Assembly: GCA_030429345.1 (NCBI GenBank)
Contig: JAUIFJ010000015.1
Span: forward strand, 28,931 to 92,930
Direction: 5' to 3'
DNA length: 64,000 nucleotides
Source of the DNA: a bacterium
GTDB taxonomy: Bacteria > CAIWAD01
Each line of letters starts with the position of its first letter. Positions within the stretch are counted from its first letter, which is position 1. The notes below the pieces were generated by a model. It did not search any database, was not told the origin of the DNA, and was given only the letters and a program-made list of their open reading frames with translations. Both the position numbers and the translations under genes were made by a program. Shown here piece after piece: positions 39,501 to 48,540 of the stretch.

Positions 39501-42500
39501 GTGATCAATGCCAGATCCAGGAAGGCCTCCGAATTGTCGGAATCAATGCTGACGGAGGCGTTGTCCGTGAAGGTGCCGGTTTCTTCGGGAATCGTGACCA
39601 TCACGTCCACGACCAGGCTCGCCTGGGGAGCGATGACTCCCGTGTTGCCGGCAGGCTGTCCATCGATGGTGATCTCGATCTCCAGCTGGTCCTCCGTGAG
39701 GGTCAGCGTGTAGCTGTCCTCGACGAGTCCGCCGTTGAAGAGGGTGAAGCTGCTCTGGATCACATCCCCCGGGCCGCCGCTCATCCCGAGCGGATCGGGG
39801 TTCGCGCTGACCGTATACTCGGGAATGATCAGGTCGAAGCGCACGGTCCACTCCGGCAGGGGCTCGAAAGGCGCGCCGTCGATGAGCACGTTGAGGCCGT
39901 CGTCCCCGGCGCCGTTCTCGAAGCCGATGGTGCAGTTGTCCAGGTCGAGTCCGTTGGCCAGGCTCTGGTAGTTCTGGTATACCTGGCCCGCGGCGAAATC
40001 GAAGACCGCCTGCGCCGTGATGGAACCCGGCGCGAAGGACTCCGCCACCTCGTCGAAGGTGAGCACGAAGCGGTCCTGGTCGTCCGTGCCGTAATACACC
40101 TGCCCGCCGGCCGCCGGGTCCAGGAAGTCCCAGAAGAGGGCGAAGAGATTGTTGGGAGTGCCGACCGCGGGGAAGCTCTGGTTGACGCCGGATGCCATGC
40201 CCGTCGGCGAAAAGCCGTAGATGCCGTTGCTGCCGACATAGAGCTGGCTGTAGGAGTCGCCGTAGAAGGAAAGGGCGCCGCCCAGCTCGAGCGGTCCGGC
40301 AACGCCGTTGCTCGCCAGCGTCAGGTAGGTGCGGTCTTCTTCCGGCAGGTCGACCCAGAAATAGTCCACATCCCCGCCGGCGCTGCTGGTCCAGCTGTTG
40401 CCCCAGGCGTCGGGGCCGCCTCCGGAAGCATTCACGACGGCTGTCGTGACCGCCAGGTTGATCACATCCTCGGAGTTATCGGAGCTGATGAGCACGAAAG
40501 CATTGTCTGTAAAGGTGTCGATCTCTTCGGGAATCGTGACCTCGACCTCGAAACTGGCGCTGCCGGCGGGGTCGATGGTGCCCGTATTGCTGGCCGGTTC
40601 GCCGTCCACAAGCAGCTGGATCCCGAGAACGTCCTCGGTCGCCGCCAGGCTGTAGCTGTCCGGTTGCGTGCCGGCATTGAAGACCGAAACCGTTCCGCTG
40701 AGCACATCGCCGGGACCGCCGCCCAGCAGGAGCGGGTTGGGGTTGGCGCTGGAGGCGTAGTCCGGAATGATCAGGTCGAAGCGGATCGTCCAGGGAGCGA
40801 AGGGCAGGAAAGGCTGGCTGTTGAAGACCACCGTCAGGCCATCCGAGCCATCGGAGTTCTCGATGCCGATGGTGCAGCTGCTCAGGTCGATCCCGTCCGC
40901 CAGTTCGCTGTAGTTGTGGTACACCGAGCCGTTCTCGAAATCGATCACCGACTGGGCGACGACATTGCCCGGCCCGGAAGGATACTCGATCACCCCGTCA
41001 TAGGTCAGGATGAATCGACCGCTCTCGTCGTTTCCGTAATACACCTGGCCGCCGTCGGCAGGATCCAGATCGTCCCAGAAAAGCGCAAGAAGATTGTTGG
41101 GGAAGGTGGCGTTGGGAAGTTCCTGATTGGAAAGCGAGGTCATCGAGGTCGGGTCGAAGCCGTAGTAGCCGTTCGAGCCGACGTAGACCTGGCTGTAGGC
41201 GTCGCCGTAGAAGTTGAGCGAACCGTTCATCGGGAAGGGGCCGCTGACCGAATCGTCGCCCAGGTCCGTGACATAGGTGCGGTCCTCTTCGGGAAGATCG
41301 ACCCAGAAGTGCTCGTCGGTGCTCCAGGTGTTGCCCCAGATGTCCGGGCCGCCGCCGGCGGCGTTGACCACGGAGGTCAGCACATCCACCGTGGCGCTGA
41401 CATCGGCATTGTCCGAGTCGATGCTCACCAGCGCCGCGTCCTCATAGGTGCCCATCTCCCCGTCGATCATGGCGATGACATCGATGGTGATGCTTCCCTC
41501 CGGCTGGAGGGTGCCCGTATTGCCGATCGGCGTTCCCTGGTAGCTGAGTGTCACATCCACCAGGTCCTGTGTCACGGCCAGGGCATAGCTGTCTTCCAGC
41601 TGGCCGCGGTTGGTGATGGTGAAGCTGGCGTTGAGCACATCGCCCGGGCCGCCGGTCTGGGTGATCAGCGCCGGCTCGGCCGTGACGCCATAGTCCGGCG
41701 GAACCAGGTTGAAGAGGATCGACTGGCCCTGGTAGTGCGCGCTGGCGTCCCCCACGTTCAGGCCTCGTGTGCCCGTGTGGTCGATGCCGCTGCTCTCGCA
41801 GAGCGCTCCCGTATCGTCCAGCAGATCGTACTGGAACTGAATGTCGCCATTGCCGTAGAGGATCACCTGGAAGGTCTGGACATTGTCCCGGTCCGTGTAG
41901 CCGGCCAGGTCGACCCAGGTGACGACAAAGCGGTCGGGTTCCGTCATCGCGCCGTAATACAGGTGACTCGTGTCCTTGTGGTACATGTCCAGCGACCAGG
42001 GGTCGATCAGCCGGTAGTCCGACACGTCGTCAGGCAGCCGGTAGGAGAAGCTGGGTGTCGCCCCCTCGTTGCCGACCATGATCACCCCGTTGGCGCTGAA
42101 GCGCACCTGATCCACCGTGTCATCGTAGAAGGGGAAGGAGAAGGGCAGGGTCATCCAGTCGGAAAAGGTGTCATCCTGGTTGAGGCCCGGCCAAAGCTCG
42201 GTATGCTCCTCTGCCACTGGATCGATCCAGGCGAAGGGCATGCCGTTCTCCTCGTCCTGGTCATAGGCGGAGTAGCCGTATTCGTCCGGACCCCAGGACT
42301 CGTCCGTTCCCTGGCCGCCCTTGCGGACTTGCCTGGGCTGAGTCGGAAAACGCGCAAGCAATTGCTCCTTCTCCGCTGGACTCAGGGGCTGTCCAGCCAG
42401 ATGCCGCATTCTCAGGAGATCCAGCGGATCCTTGGCCTCAGGCGGTGTCTGCGCAGGGCTTAGGATCTGTGATGACAGTTCGCTGGCCAGGTGCTCGGCG

Positions 42501-42724
42501 CGCCTTTCAGCCTGCTCTTCCGCGTTTGCTGCGCGCTCAGCCTCCGCATGGGAAGGCTGCTGGACAGCCGGTTCCTTTGCCTCTGACAGTTCCGTCTTGC
42601 GCAGCGCCTGAAGCTCGCGCTCCTTTTCGGCCTGCTCTTCCGGACTCAAGGCTTCAGCGACAAGCGCGGCAGGCAGAAGAAGCGCTGCCAGGGCAAAAGC
42701 CCGTTTCCTGCTGTGGTTCCTCAT
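36527..42724 (-). CDS. Giant modular secreted protein (5 repeat modules) with T9SS type A CTD
   Basis: Signal peptide; five modules of about 330 aa, each starting G(G)PD-x-(Y/W)G and containing (F/P)W(D/S)xLD; CTD NYPNPFNPST...LASGVYFY...RKMMLMK. Confidence 0.88.
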   Translation of the reverse strand: MRNHSRKRAFALAALLLPAALVAEALSPEEQAEKERELQALRKTELSEAKEPAVQQPSHAEAERAANAEEQAERRAEHLASELSSQILSPAQTPPEAKDPLDLLRMRHLAGQPLSPAEKEQLLARFPTQPRQVRKGGQGTDESWGPDEYGYSAYDQDEENGMPFAWIDPVAEEHTELWPGLNQDDTFSDWMTLPFSFPFYDDTVDQVRFSANGVIMVGNEGATPSFSYRLPDDVSDYRLIDPWSLDMYHKDTSHLYYGAMTEPDRFVVTWVDLAGYTDRDNVQTFQVILYGNGDIQFQYDLLDDTGALCESSGIDHTGTRGLNVGDASAHYQGQSILFNLVPPDYGVTAEPALITQTGGPGDVLNASFTITNRGQLEDSYALAVTQDLVDVTLSYQGTPIGNTGTLQPEGSITIDVIAMIDGEMGTYEDAALVSIDSDNADVSATVDVLTSVVNAAGGGPDIWGNTWSTDEHFWVDLPEEDRTYVTDLGDDSVSGPFPMNGSLNFYGDAYSQVYVGSNGYYGFDPTSMTSLSNQELPNATFPNNLLALFWDDLDPADGGQVYYGNDESGRFILTYDGVIEYPSGPGNVVAQSVIDFENGSVYHNYSELADGIDLSSCTIGIENSDGSDGLTVVFNSQPFLPFAPWTIRFDLIIPDYASSANPNPLLLGGGPGDVLSGTVSVFNAGTQPDSYSLAATEDVLGIQLLVDGEPASNTGTIDPAGSASFEVEVTIPEEIDTFTDNAFVLISSDNSEDVINLAVTTAVVNASGGGPDAWGNSWTSSAGGDVDYFWVDLPEEDRTYLTLASNGVAGPLELGGALSFYGDSYSQLYVGSNGIYGFSPTGMASGVNQSFPAVGTPNNLFALFWDFLDPAAGGQVYYGTDDQDRFVLTFDEVAESFAPGSITAQAVFDFAAGQVYQNYQSLANGLDLDNCTIGFENGAGDDGLNVLIDGAPFEPLPEWTVRFDLIIPEYTVSANPDPLGMSGGPGDVIQSSFTLFNGGLVEDSYTLTLTEDQLEIEITIDGQPAGNTGVIAPQASLVVDVMVTIPEETGTFTDNASVSIDSDNSEAFLDLALITSVINAAGGGPDAWGNTWISSAGGDVDYFWVDLPEEDRTYITDLGDDSVSGPFEMNGTISFYGNPYSSVYVGSNGVYGFDQLGLNSLGNENFPDPSTPNNCLALFWDDLDPADGGQVYYGNDEDGRFVLTYDGVIEYPSGPGNVVAQSVFDFESGYVFHNYNQLADGIDLSSCTIGIENSDGSDGLTVLYNNDPFPPASQWTVRFSLGAPPDYFPVLEDGVNTAGGVDSQVTVPVSVTNNGLVEDSFVIAASGTSDVEVQVLINGTPGNTTPTVQPLEAFEFELEFDIPEVPADIQYVFDVTATSSGDPSRQDATTVSLTVVPVQGGPDEYGYFWSTTDADGQVEYDWVELDSPNPAPATDDGFAGPFDIGFTWNHYGVDYTQVWIGSNGMIGFAETGMNSLGNQQLPNTSTPNAVIAMFWDDLDPDSNNDGTIEYGTQDGLFVVNYLGVPEFPGGQTSGRITAQVILDPDEEAVRINYQNFENDLDMLSATIGQENADGTQGFWCNYNSQGWMPTPESAVWFGFNVIGPSGPYAVDIDPSEQDGVGVNGEYAEYTFEVENRGENPSAFSIESEGHIWDVTWHDVDAAWAEITAIPELAYDEVFNLGVRHFVPEEPESFTDLAVFTVTSTVEETAFAEASFLTAASCTHIEQLTQNLTGNGLFGMVNLSDGEGMGDGQILWNASSVNRFVMQDSEDGSATTISAMTAGHDYQGIAWDSRDNTVWVSYLAGISHKNTDGSTIASFEPAILAEGTGRMPMGLAYDADSEILWAVCSNAGFDEVVRIDISDPANPVDLSAEVLPWSGGVPGAAGADYDEGSDQLLLVNRSTGSMECFLDLGNGQVEPRGDFCPSGLEDVHGIALHTDGTVFLGATNGLAHPVEHYMAPCAVTDVASGPALPERFELGANYPNPFNPSTMLRVALPQAGQVKLEVYNLLGQRQSLLWNDRLDAGWHEFRFDGSALASGVYFYRVTVADNGGASLYSDVRKMMLMK

Positions 42725-42975
42725 GGACCTGAACTCCCTTCTATCAATGGGATGGATGCACTACAAACGGCCAGGGCGGCCGAAGGGAAAAGCGAACAGG
42801 CCCACAATATGCCGGAATCCCCTCCCCGATTCCACCCCTTTTCCAAAGGCCGTGGAGAAACCTGTTTCTGGTTGTGCCGGTAACATCAGGTGCTTGCAAG
42901 GCAGGTTGGGAAATGGATCCAGGCAGGATCGGACTCGACGATGACCAAGGATTCCGGCATGGAAGTGGCGACAGC

Positions 42976-43076
42976 TGTCCTCTGGTGAGGACTTAAAATA
43001 ACGGGGTTCAAAGCCATGCACTGTGAGTAGGAGCGTGCACACGCTCTTTTCCCACTTTCGTCCACTCCACAGTACA
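42976..43076. repeat. 101-bp double-box element, copy D
   Basis: TGTCC-tctggtga-GGACT...core...CTTTCGTCC-actccaca-GTACA. Confidence 0.9.
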
Positions 43077-43132
43077 CCCCCGCCCACATCCTGAACAACC
43101 CCATCCCCCCACCAGGACACCCACCCACCCCA

Positions 43133-43177
43133 CTTCATACTTCATACTTCATCCTTCATACTTCGTACTTCATCCTT
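43133..43177. repeat. Heptamer tandem repeat (CTTCAT[A/C]), 6 units
   Basis: cttcata cttcata cttcatc cttcata cttcgta cttcatc ctt. Confidence 0.85.
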
Positions 43178-43263
43178 AAGAGAAAGCCCCCGCCGGCCGA
43201 AACCGACGGGGGCCCGAGTTCAGGTCCCGGCGGGAACCGCGCCGGGAGCCTGGAAGATGCGTG

Positions 43264-46200
43264 TTACTTCATCAGCATCATCTTGCGCACGTCGCTGTAG
43301 AGCGAGGCGCCGCCGTTGTCGGCGACCGTCACACGGTAGAAGTAGACGCCGCTCGCCAGCGCGCTGCCGTCGAAGCGGAACTCGTGCCAGCCCGCGTCCA
43401 GGCGGTCGTTCCACAGCAGGGACTGCCGCTGGCCGAGCAGGTTGTATACTTCCAGCTTGACCTGGCCCGCCTGGGGCAGGGCCACGCGCAGCATGGTGCT
43501 CGGGTTGAAAGGATTCGGATAGTTGGCGCCCAGCTCGAAACGCTCCGGCAGGGCCGGTCCGCTCGCAACATCCGTGACGGCGCAGGGAGCCATGTAGTGC
43601 TCCACGGGATGCGCCAGGCCGTTGGTCGCGCCCAGGAAGACCGTGCCGTCCGTATACAGGGCAATGCCGTGTACATCCTCCAGCCCGCTGGGACAGAAGT
43701 CGCCGCGCGGTTCGATCTCGCCGGTGCCCAGGTCCAGGAAGCACTCCATGGAACCAGTGCTGCTGTTCACAAGGATCAGCTGGTCGCTGCCTTCGTCGTA
43801 GTCCGCGCCGGCCGCGCCGGGCACGCCGCCGCTCCAGGGCAGCGCTTCCGCGCTCAGGTCGACCGGGTTGGCGGAATCGCTGATGTCGATGCGCACCACC
43901 TCGTCGAAACCGGCGTTGGAACACACGGCCCAGAGGATCTCGCTGTCCGCGTCGTAGGCCAGGCCCATCGGCGTGCGCCCCGTGCCTTCGGCGAGAATCG
44001 CCGGTTCGAAAGAGGCAATCGTCGAGCCGTCCGTGTTCTTGTGGCTGATGCCGCCCAAGTAGCTGACCCAGACCGTGTTGTCCCGGCTGTCCCAGGCGAT
44101 GCCCTGGTAGTCGTGTCCGGCGGTCATCGCGGAAATCGTCGTCGCGGAGCCGTCCTCCGAGTCCTGCATCACGAAGCGGTTGACCGAACTGGCGTTCCAG
44201 AGGATCTGGCCGTCGTCCATGCCCTCGCCGTCGCTCAGGTGAACCATGCCGAAAAGCCCGGTGCCGGTCAGGTTGCCCGTCAGCTGATCCATGTGGGTGC
44301 AGCTGGCCGCGGTCAGCACGGTGGCTTCCGCGAAGGCCATCGGCTCCATGGTGGAAGTGACCTCGAAACTCACCAGATCGGTGAAGCTTTCCGGCTCCTC
44401 GGGCACATGGTGTCTCACACCCAGGTTGAAGACCTCGTCATAGGCCAGCTCGGGGATCGCCGTGATCTCGGCCCAGGCGGCGTCTACATCATGCCAGGTC
44501 ACGTCCCAGACATGGCCTTCGGAGGCGATGCTGAAAGCGCTGGCATTCTCGCCGCGGTTCTCCACCTCGAAGGTATACTCGGCATAGCCGCCGTTGACGC
44601 CCACCCCCTGCTGCGATTCCGGATCGATGTCGACGGCGTAGGGACCGCTGGGACCGATCACGTTGAAGCCGAACCAGACCGAGCTCTCGTTGGTCGGCAC
44701 CCAGCCCAGGCTGTTGAAGTTGCACCAGAAGCCCTGCGCGCCGCCGGCGCCCTCCTGGCCGATCGTCGCGCTGCTCGTGTCGATGCCTCCGTCGAGGCTC
44801 TGGTAGTTGATGCGCACGGCCTCTTCGTCGGGATCAAGGATCACCTGCACGGTAATGGAGCCGTCGCCTCCGAACTCGGATACGGCCGTATACTGCGCAA
44901 CGAAGATCTCGCCGTTGGCCTCGTAGCTCACTGTGCCGCCTGCGCCGGGATTGAGGTCGTCCCAGAAGAAGGCGATCAGGTCGCTGGGGTCGTTCGGATC
45001 CGGAAGGTCCTGGTTGCCCAGGCTCCACATGTTGGTCTCGTTGAAGCCCATGTAGCCGTTGCTGGCGATGAAGACCTGCGTGTAGTCGTTGCCGTAGTGG
45101 TTCCAGGTGAGGCCCATGTCGATGGGATCGCTGTAGTCGTCATCTCCAAGGGTCAGGACGACCGGGTTCTGCATTTCGTACCACTCGTACTCCACCTGGC
45201 CGCCGGCATCGGTCGTGCTCCAGAAGTAGCCGTAGTCGTCAGGTCCGCCCTGGGTCGGCACCACGACCAGCGTCACCGTCGTGGCATCCTGCGCCGTCGA
45301 GTTGCCGACGCTGGTCGCCGTCAGGTCGAAGGTATACGTAATGTCCGAGGGCGAATCCGGAATGTCGAATTCCAGCTCGATCCCGAAGCTCTCCAGGGGC
45401 TGGACGACCGGGGTCGTGTTGCCCGGGGTTCCGTTGATCAGCACATCCACTTCCACATCGCCCGTCCCGGAGGCGGTGATGGTGAAGGAATCCTGCAGCA
45501 GGCCGTTGTTCGTGACATCCACGAAGGCGCTGACCTGCGAATCGACGGGGCCGACCGCGCTGACGCCGTCCTCGAGGGCGGGGTAGTAGTCGGGCGGAGC
45601 GCCGAGCTCGAAGAGCACCGTCCACTGCGAGGCCGGCGGAAAGGGGGCTCCGTTGTATACAACGGTCAGGCCGTCGCTGCCGTCCGCGTTCTCGATGCCG
45701 ATGGTGCAGCTGGAGATGTCGATGCCGTCGGCCAGGGCGGCATAATTGTGATACACATGCCCCGCGGCGAAGTCGATCACGGCCTGGGCGACGATATTGC
45801 CCGGTCCGCTGGGATACTCGATGACCCCGTCGTAGGTCAACACGAAGCGGCCGTCGTCGTCCGTGCCGTAGTAGACCTGTCCTCCATCCGCCGGATCCAT
45901 GTCGTCCCAGAAAAGGGCCAGGATGTTGTTCGGGGCGTTGGCGTTCGGGAACTCCTGGTTGCTGAGCGAGCTCATCGAGGCAGGATCGAATCCGTAGTAT
46001 CCGTTGGAACCGACGTAGACATCGCTGTAGCTCTCGCCATAGTAGCTCAAGGCGCCTCCCATGGGGAAGGGGCCGCTGACGCTGTCGTCGCCGAGATCCG
46101 TCACGTATACACGGTCCGCCTCGTCCAGCTCCACCCAGAAGTACTCGATGTCGCCGCCGTTGCTGCTGGTCCAGGTGTTGCCCCAGCTGTCGGGACCGCC

Positions 46201-48426
46201 GCCGGAGGCGTTGATCACCAGCGTCGAGACCGGCATCCCGTCCGTTCCGTCGGAGTTGTCCGAACTGACCTGCACCAGGGCCTCGTCCGTGAAGGTGCCG
46301 GTCTCATCCGGAATCGTCACCACCACGTCGATCGTCAGGCTGCTTTCCGCCGCGATGCTGCCCGTGTTGCTGATCTCCTCGCCGTTCAGCAGGAGCTGCA
46401 CGGCGAGCACATCCTCTGTCACACTCAATGCATAGCTGTCCGGGGTCGTGCCGGCATTGAAGATCGTGAAGTCGCCCGTGACCGTGTCACCGGGACCGCC
46501 GCTCAGGCCCAGGATCTCGGGGGAGATGCTGAAGGCGTAGTCCGGGACGATCAGGTCGAAACGCAGGCTCCAGCCCGCGGTGGGCACATAGGGATCTCCA
46601 TCCGTGAGGAGGTGCAGGGCATCGTCGCCGGCAGCATTCTCCATGCCGACCGTGCAGCCGGCGACATCGATGCCGTTCTCCAGGGCGTCATAGTTGAAGA
46701 AGACCTGGCCCGCCGTGAAATCCACGACGGCCTGCATGGTGAGGGTTCCCGCTCCGCCGTACTCGCTGACCTGGTCGAAAGTCAACACGAGACGCCCGTC
46801 CTCGTCGTTGCCGTAATACACGGTTCCGCCGGAAGCCGGATTGAGGTCGTCCCAGAACATGTAGAACTGGGCGTTCGGGGTCCCGCCGTCGGGCAGGACG
46901 GCATTGAAGCGGGAGGCCATGTTGTCGGGAACGAAGCCGAAGTAGCCGTTGCTGGCCACGTAGAACTCCGAGTAGGACTCGCCGTAGAAGGTCAGCGCGC
47001 CGCCCATGGGGAAGGGACCCGCGGAATTGTCATCGCCCAGCGTCACCGGCGTGCGGTCCTCTTCCGGCAGATCTACCCAGAAGCTCTCGACGCTGGTCCA
47101 GGTGTTTCCCCAGTTGTCCGGGCCGCCGCCGGCGGCATTGATCACGGAGGTCGACACGTCGACCGCCGCGCTGGCGGCGGCATTGTCCGAGGAAACGCCG
47201 ATCACGGCCAAGTCGTCGTAGGTGCCCATCTCCTCGTCGATGATCGCGGTCACGTCGATCGTCATCGTCCCGGCGGGCTGGATCGTGCCCGTATTGCCGA
47301 TGGGCGTCCCCTGGTAGCTCAGGGTCACCTCGACCAGATCCTGTGTCACATCCAGGGTGTAGCTGTCGGCCAGCTGGCCCATGTTCGTGATCGTGAAGCT
47401 GGCATTGAGCACGTCGCCGGGATTTCCCGTCTGGGCGATGGTCGCCGGATCGACGGCAACGGCGTAGTCGGGCAGGGTCAGGTTGAAGAGGAGCGACTGC
47501 CCCGTGTAGTGCGCCGAGGCGTCCCCCACGTTCAGGCCGCGCGTGCCCGTGTGATCCAGGCCGCTGCTCTCGCAGAGAGCGCCCGTCTCGTCGATGTCGC
47601 CGTACTGGAACTGGATGTCCCCGTCGGGGAAGAGCAGGACCTGGAAGGTCTGGAAGACTTCGCGGTCGTCGTAGCCCGCCAGGTCGATCCAGGTGACGAC
47701 GAAGGCCTCCGGGTCCTCCTGCACGCCGTACCAGGCCTGCGAGGTCTCGGCAGTGTGATACATATCCAGGGACCACGGGTCGATCAGCCGGAAATCGGTC
47801 ACGTCATCCGGCAGCCGGTAGGAGAACGAGGGCGTGGCTCCTTCGCCGCCCATCATGATCACGCCATTGGCGCTGAAACGCAGCGAATCGACCTCGTCGT
47901 CGTAGAAGGGGAAGGAGAAAGGCAGCGTGAGCCAATCGGACATGGTGTCGTCCTGGTTCACTCCCTCCCAGATCCGCGTGTGCCCTTCGGCCAGCGGGTC
48001 GATCCAGGCGAAGGGCATGCCGTTCTCCTCGTCCTGGTCATAGGCCGAATAGCCGAACTCGTCCGGTCCCCAGACCTCGTCGACGGTGTGATCCGGCCCC
48101 TTCGGTCGGGGATTCGCGGACCGGAAGCGATCCGCCAGCTGCGCCTTTTGCGAGCTCGTAAGGGGATCCCCGTCCAGGTGGCGCTGCATCAGCTGCTCGA
48201 GGGGATCTTTTTGTGTGACCGCGACGGCCGGGTCCGAGGCCCCGCCGGCATGCCGCGCCGGCTGATCCGCCAGCTTCTCGGCATGCAGGGCCTGGGCGCC
48301 CGAGTGCTGCAAGGCTTGCCGCTTGTCTTCGAGTTCCTCCGGGGTCAAGGTCCCTGCAAAGACAAGGGCCGGCAGCAGGAAGGCTCCTGTTCCCAGCGCT
48401 GCCATTGAGCGAAATGATTGTACCAT
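43264..48426 (-). CDS. Giant modular secreted protein (4 repeat modules) with T9SS type A CTD; paralog of 36527-42724
   Basis: Same module architecture; C-terminal region nearly identical to paralog 1. Confidence 0.88.
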   Translation of the reverse strand: MVQSFRSMAALGTGAFLLPALVFAGTLTPEELEDKRQALQHSGAQALHAEKLADQPARHAGGASDPAVAVTQKDPLEQLMQRHLDGDPLTSSQKAQLADRFRSANPRPKGPDHTVDEVWGPDEFGYSAYDQDEENGMPFAWIDPLAEGHTRIWEGVNQDDTMSDWLTLPFSFPFYDDEVDSLRFSANGVIMMGGEGATPSFSYRLPDDVTDFRLIDPWSLDMYHTAETSQAWYGVQEDPEAFVVTWIDLAGYDDREVFQTFQVLLFPDGDIQFQYGDIDETGALCESSGLDHTGTRGLNVGDASAHYTGQSLLFNLTLPDYAVAVDPATIAQTGNPGDVLNASFTITNMGQLADSYTLDVTQDLVEVTLSYQGTPIGNTGTIQPAGTMTIDVTAIIDEEMGTYDDLAVIGVSSDNAAASAAVDVSTSVINAAGGGPDNWGNTWTSVESFWVDLPEEDRTPVTLGDDNSAGPFPMGGALTFYGESYSEFYVASNGYFGFVPDNMASRFNAVLPDGGTPNAQFYMFWDDLNPASGGTVYYGNDEDGRLVLTFDQVSEYGGAGTLTMQAVVDFTAGQVFFNYDALENGIDVAGCTVGMENAAGDDALHLLTDGDPYVPTAGWSLRFDLIVPDYAFSISPEILGLSGGPGDTVTGDFTIFNAGTTPDSYALSVTEDVLAVQLLLNGEEISNTGSIAAESSLTIDVVVTIPDETGTFTDEALVQVSSDNSDGTDGMPVSTLVINASGGGPDSWGNTWTSSNGGDIEYFWVELDEADRVYVTDLGDDSVSGPFPMGGALSYYGESYSDVYVGSNGYYGFDPASMSSLSNQEFPNANAPNNILALFWDDMDPADGGQVYYGTDDDGRFVLTYDGVIEYPSGPGNIVAQAVIDFAAGHVYHNYAALADGIDISSCTIGIENADGSDGLTVVYNGAPFPPASQWTVLFELGAPPDYYPALEDGVSAVGPVDSQVSAFVDVTNNGLLQDSFTITASGTGDVEVDVLINGTPGNTTPVVQPLESFGIELEFDIPDSPSDITYTFDLTATSVGNSTAQDATTVTLVVVPTQGGPDDYGYFWSTTDAGGQVEYEWYEMQNPVVLTLGDDDYSDPIDMGLTWNHYGNDYTQVFIASNGYMGFNETNMWSLGNQDLPDPNDPSDLIAFFWDDLNPGAGGTVSYEANGEIFVAQYTAVSEFGGDGSITVQVILDPDEEAVRINYQSLDGGIDTSSATIGQEGAGGAQGFWCNFNSLGWVPTNESSVWFGFNVIGPSGPYAVDIDPESQQGVGVNGGYAEYTFEVENRGENASAFSIASEGHVWDVTWHDVDAAWAEITAIPELAYDEVFNLGVRHHVPEEPESFTDLVSFEVTSTMEPMAFAEATVLTAASCTHMDQLTGNLTGTGLFGMVHLSDGEGMDDGQILWNASSVNRFVMQDSEDGSATTISAMTAGHDYQGIAWDSRDNTVWVSYLGGISHKNTDGSTIASFEPAILAEGTGRTPMGLAYDADSEILWAVCSNAGFDEVVRIDISDSANPVDLSAEALPWSGGVPGAAGADYDEGSDQLILVNSSTGSMECFLDLGTGEIEPRGDFCPSGLEDVHGIALYTDGTVFLGATNGLAHPVEHYMAPCAVTDVASGPALPERFELGANYPNPFNPSTMLRVALPQAGQVKLEVYNLLGQRQSLLWNDRLDAGWHEFRFDGSALASGVYFYRVTVADNGGASLYSDVRKMMLMK

Positions 48427-48540
48427 CAACCTGTTCTCCCTTCGTTGGGGGTGTGTGGGAATGAAACTGCAACCGGATGTGGAACCGGCAACCCGCGCCC
48501 CCGGGGGGCACGTGGATCATCCGGTGTAAAAAACCTGCCG

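Noticed and set aside
36524..48408. Very long + strand ORFs (36524-42463, 43261-48408; also 7164-9659)
   Set aside because: Antisense shadows of GC3-biased real genes, with no recognisable protein features.
48470..48527. Structured leader upstream of paralog 2, with GCGGGTTGCCG resembling a c-di-GMP-I riboswitch 3' end
   Set aside because: The conserved GCAAA/GGCAAA core elements are missing; it may simply be a terminator-like hairpin.
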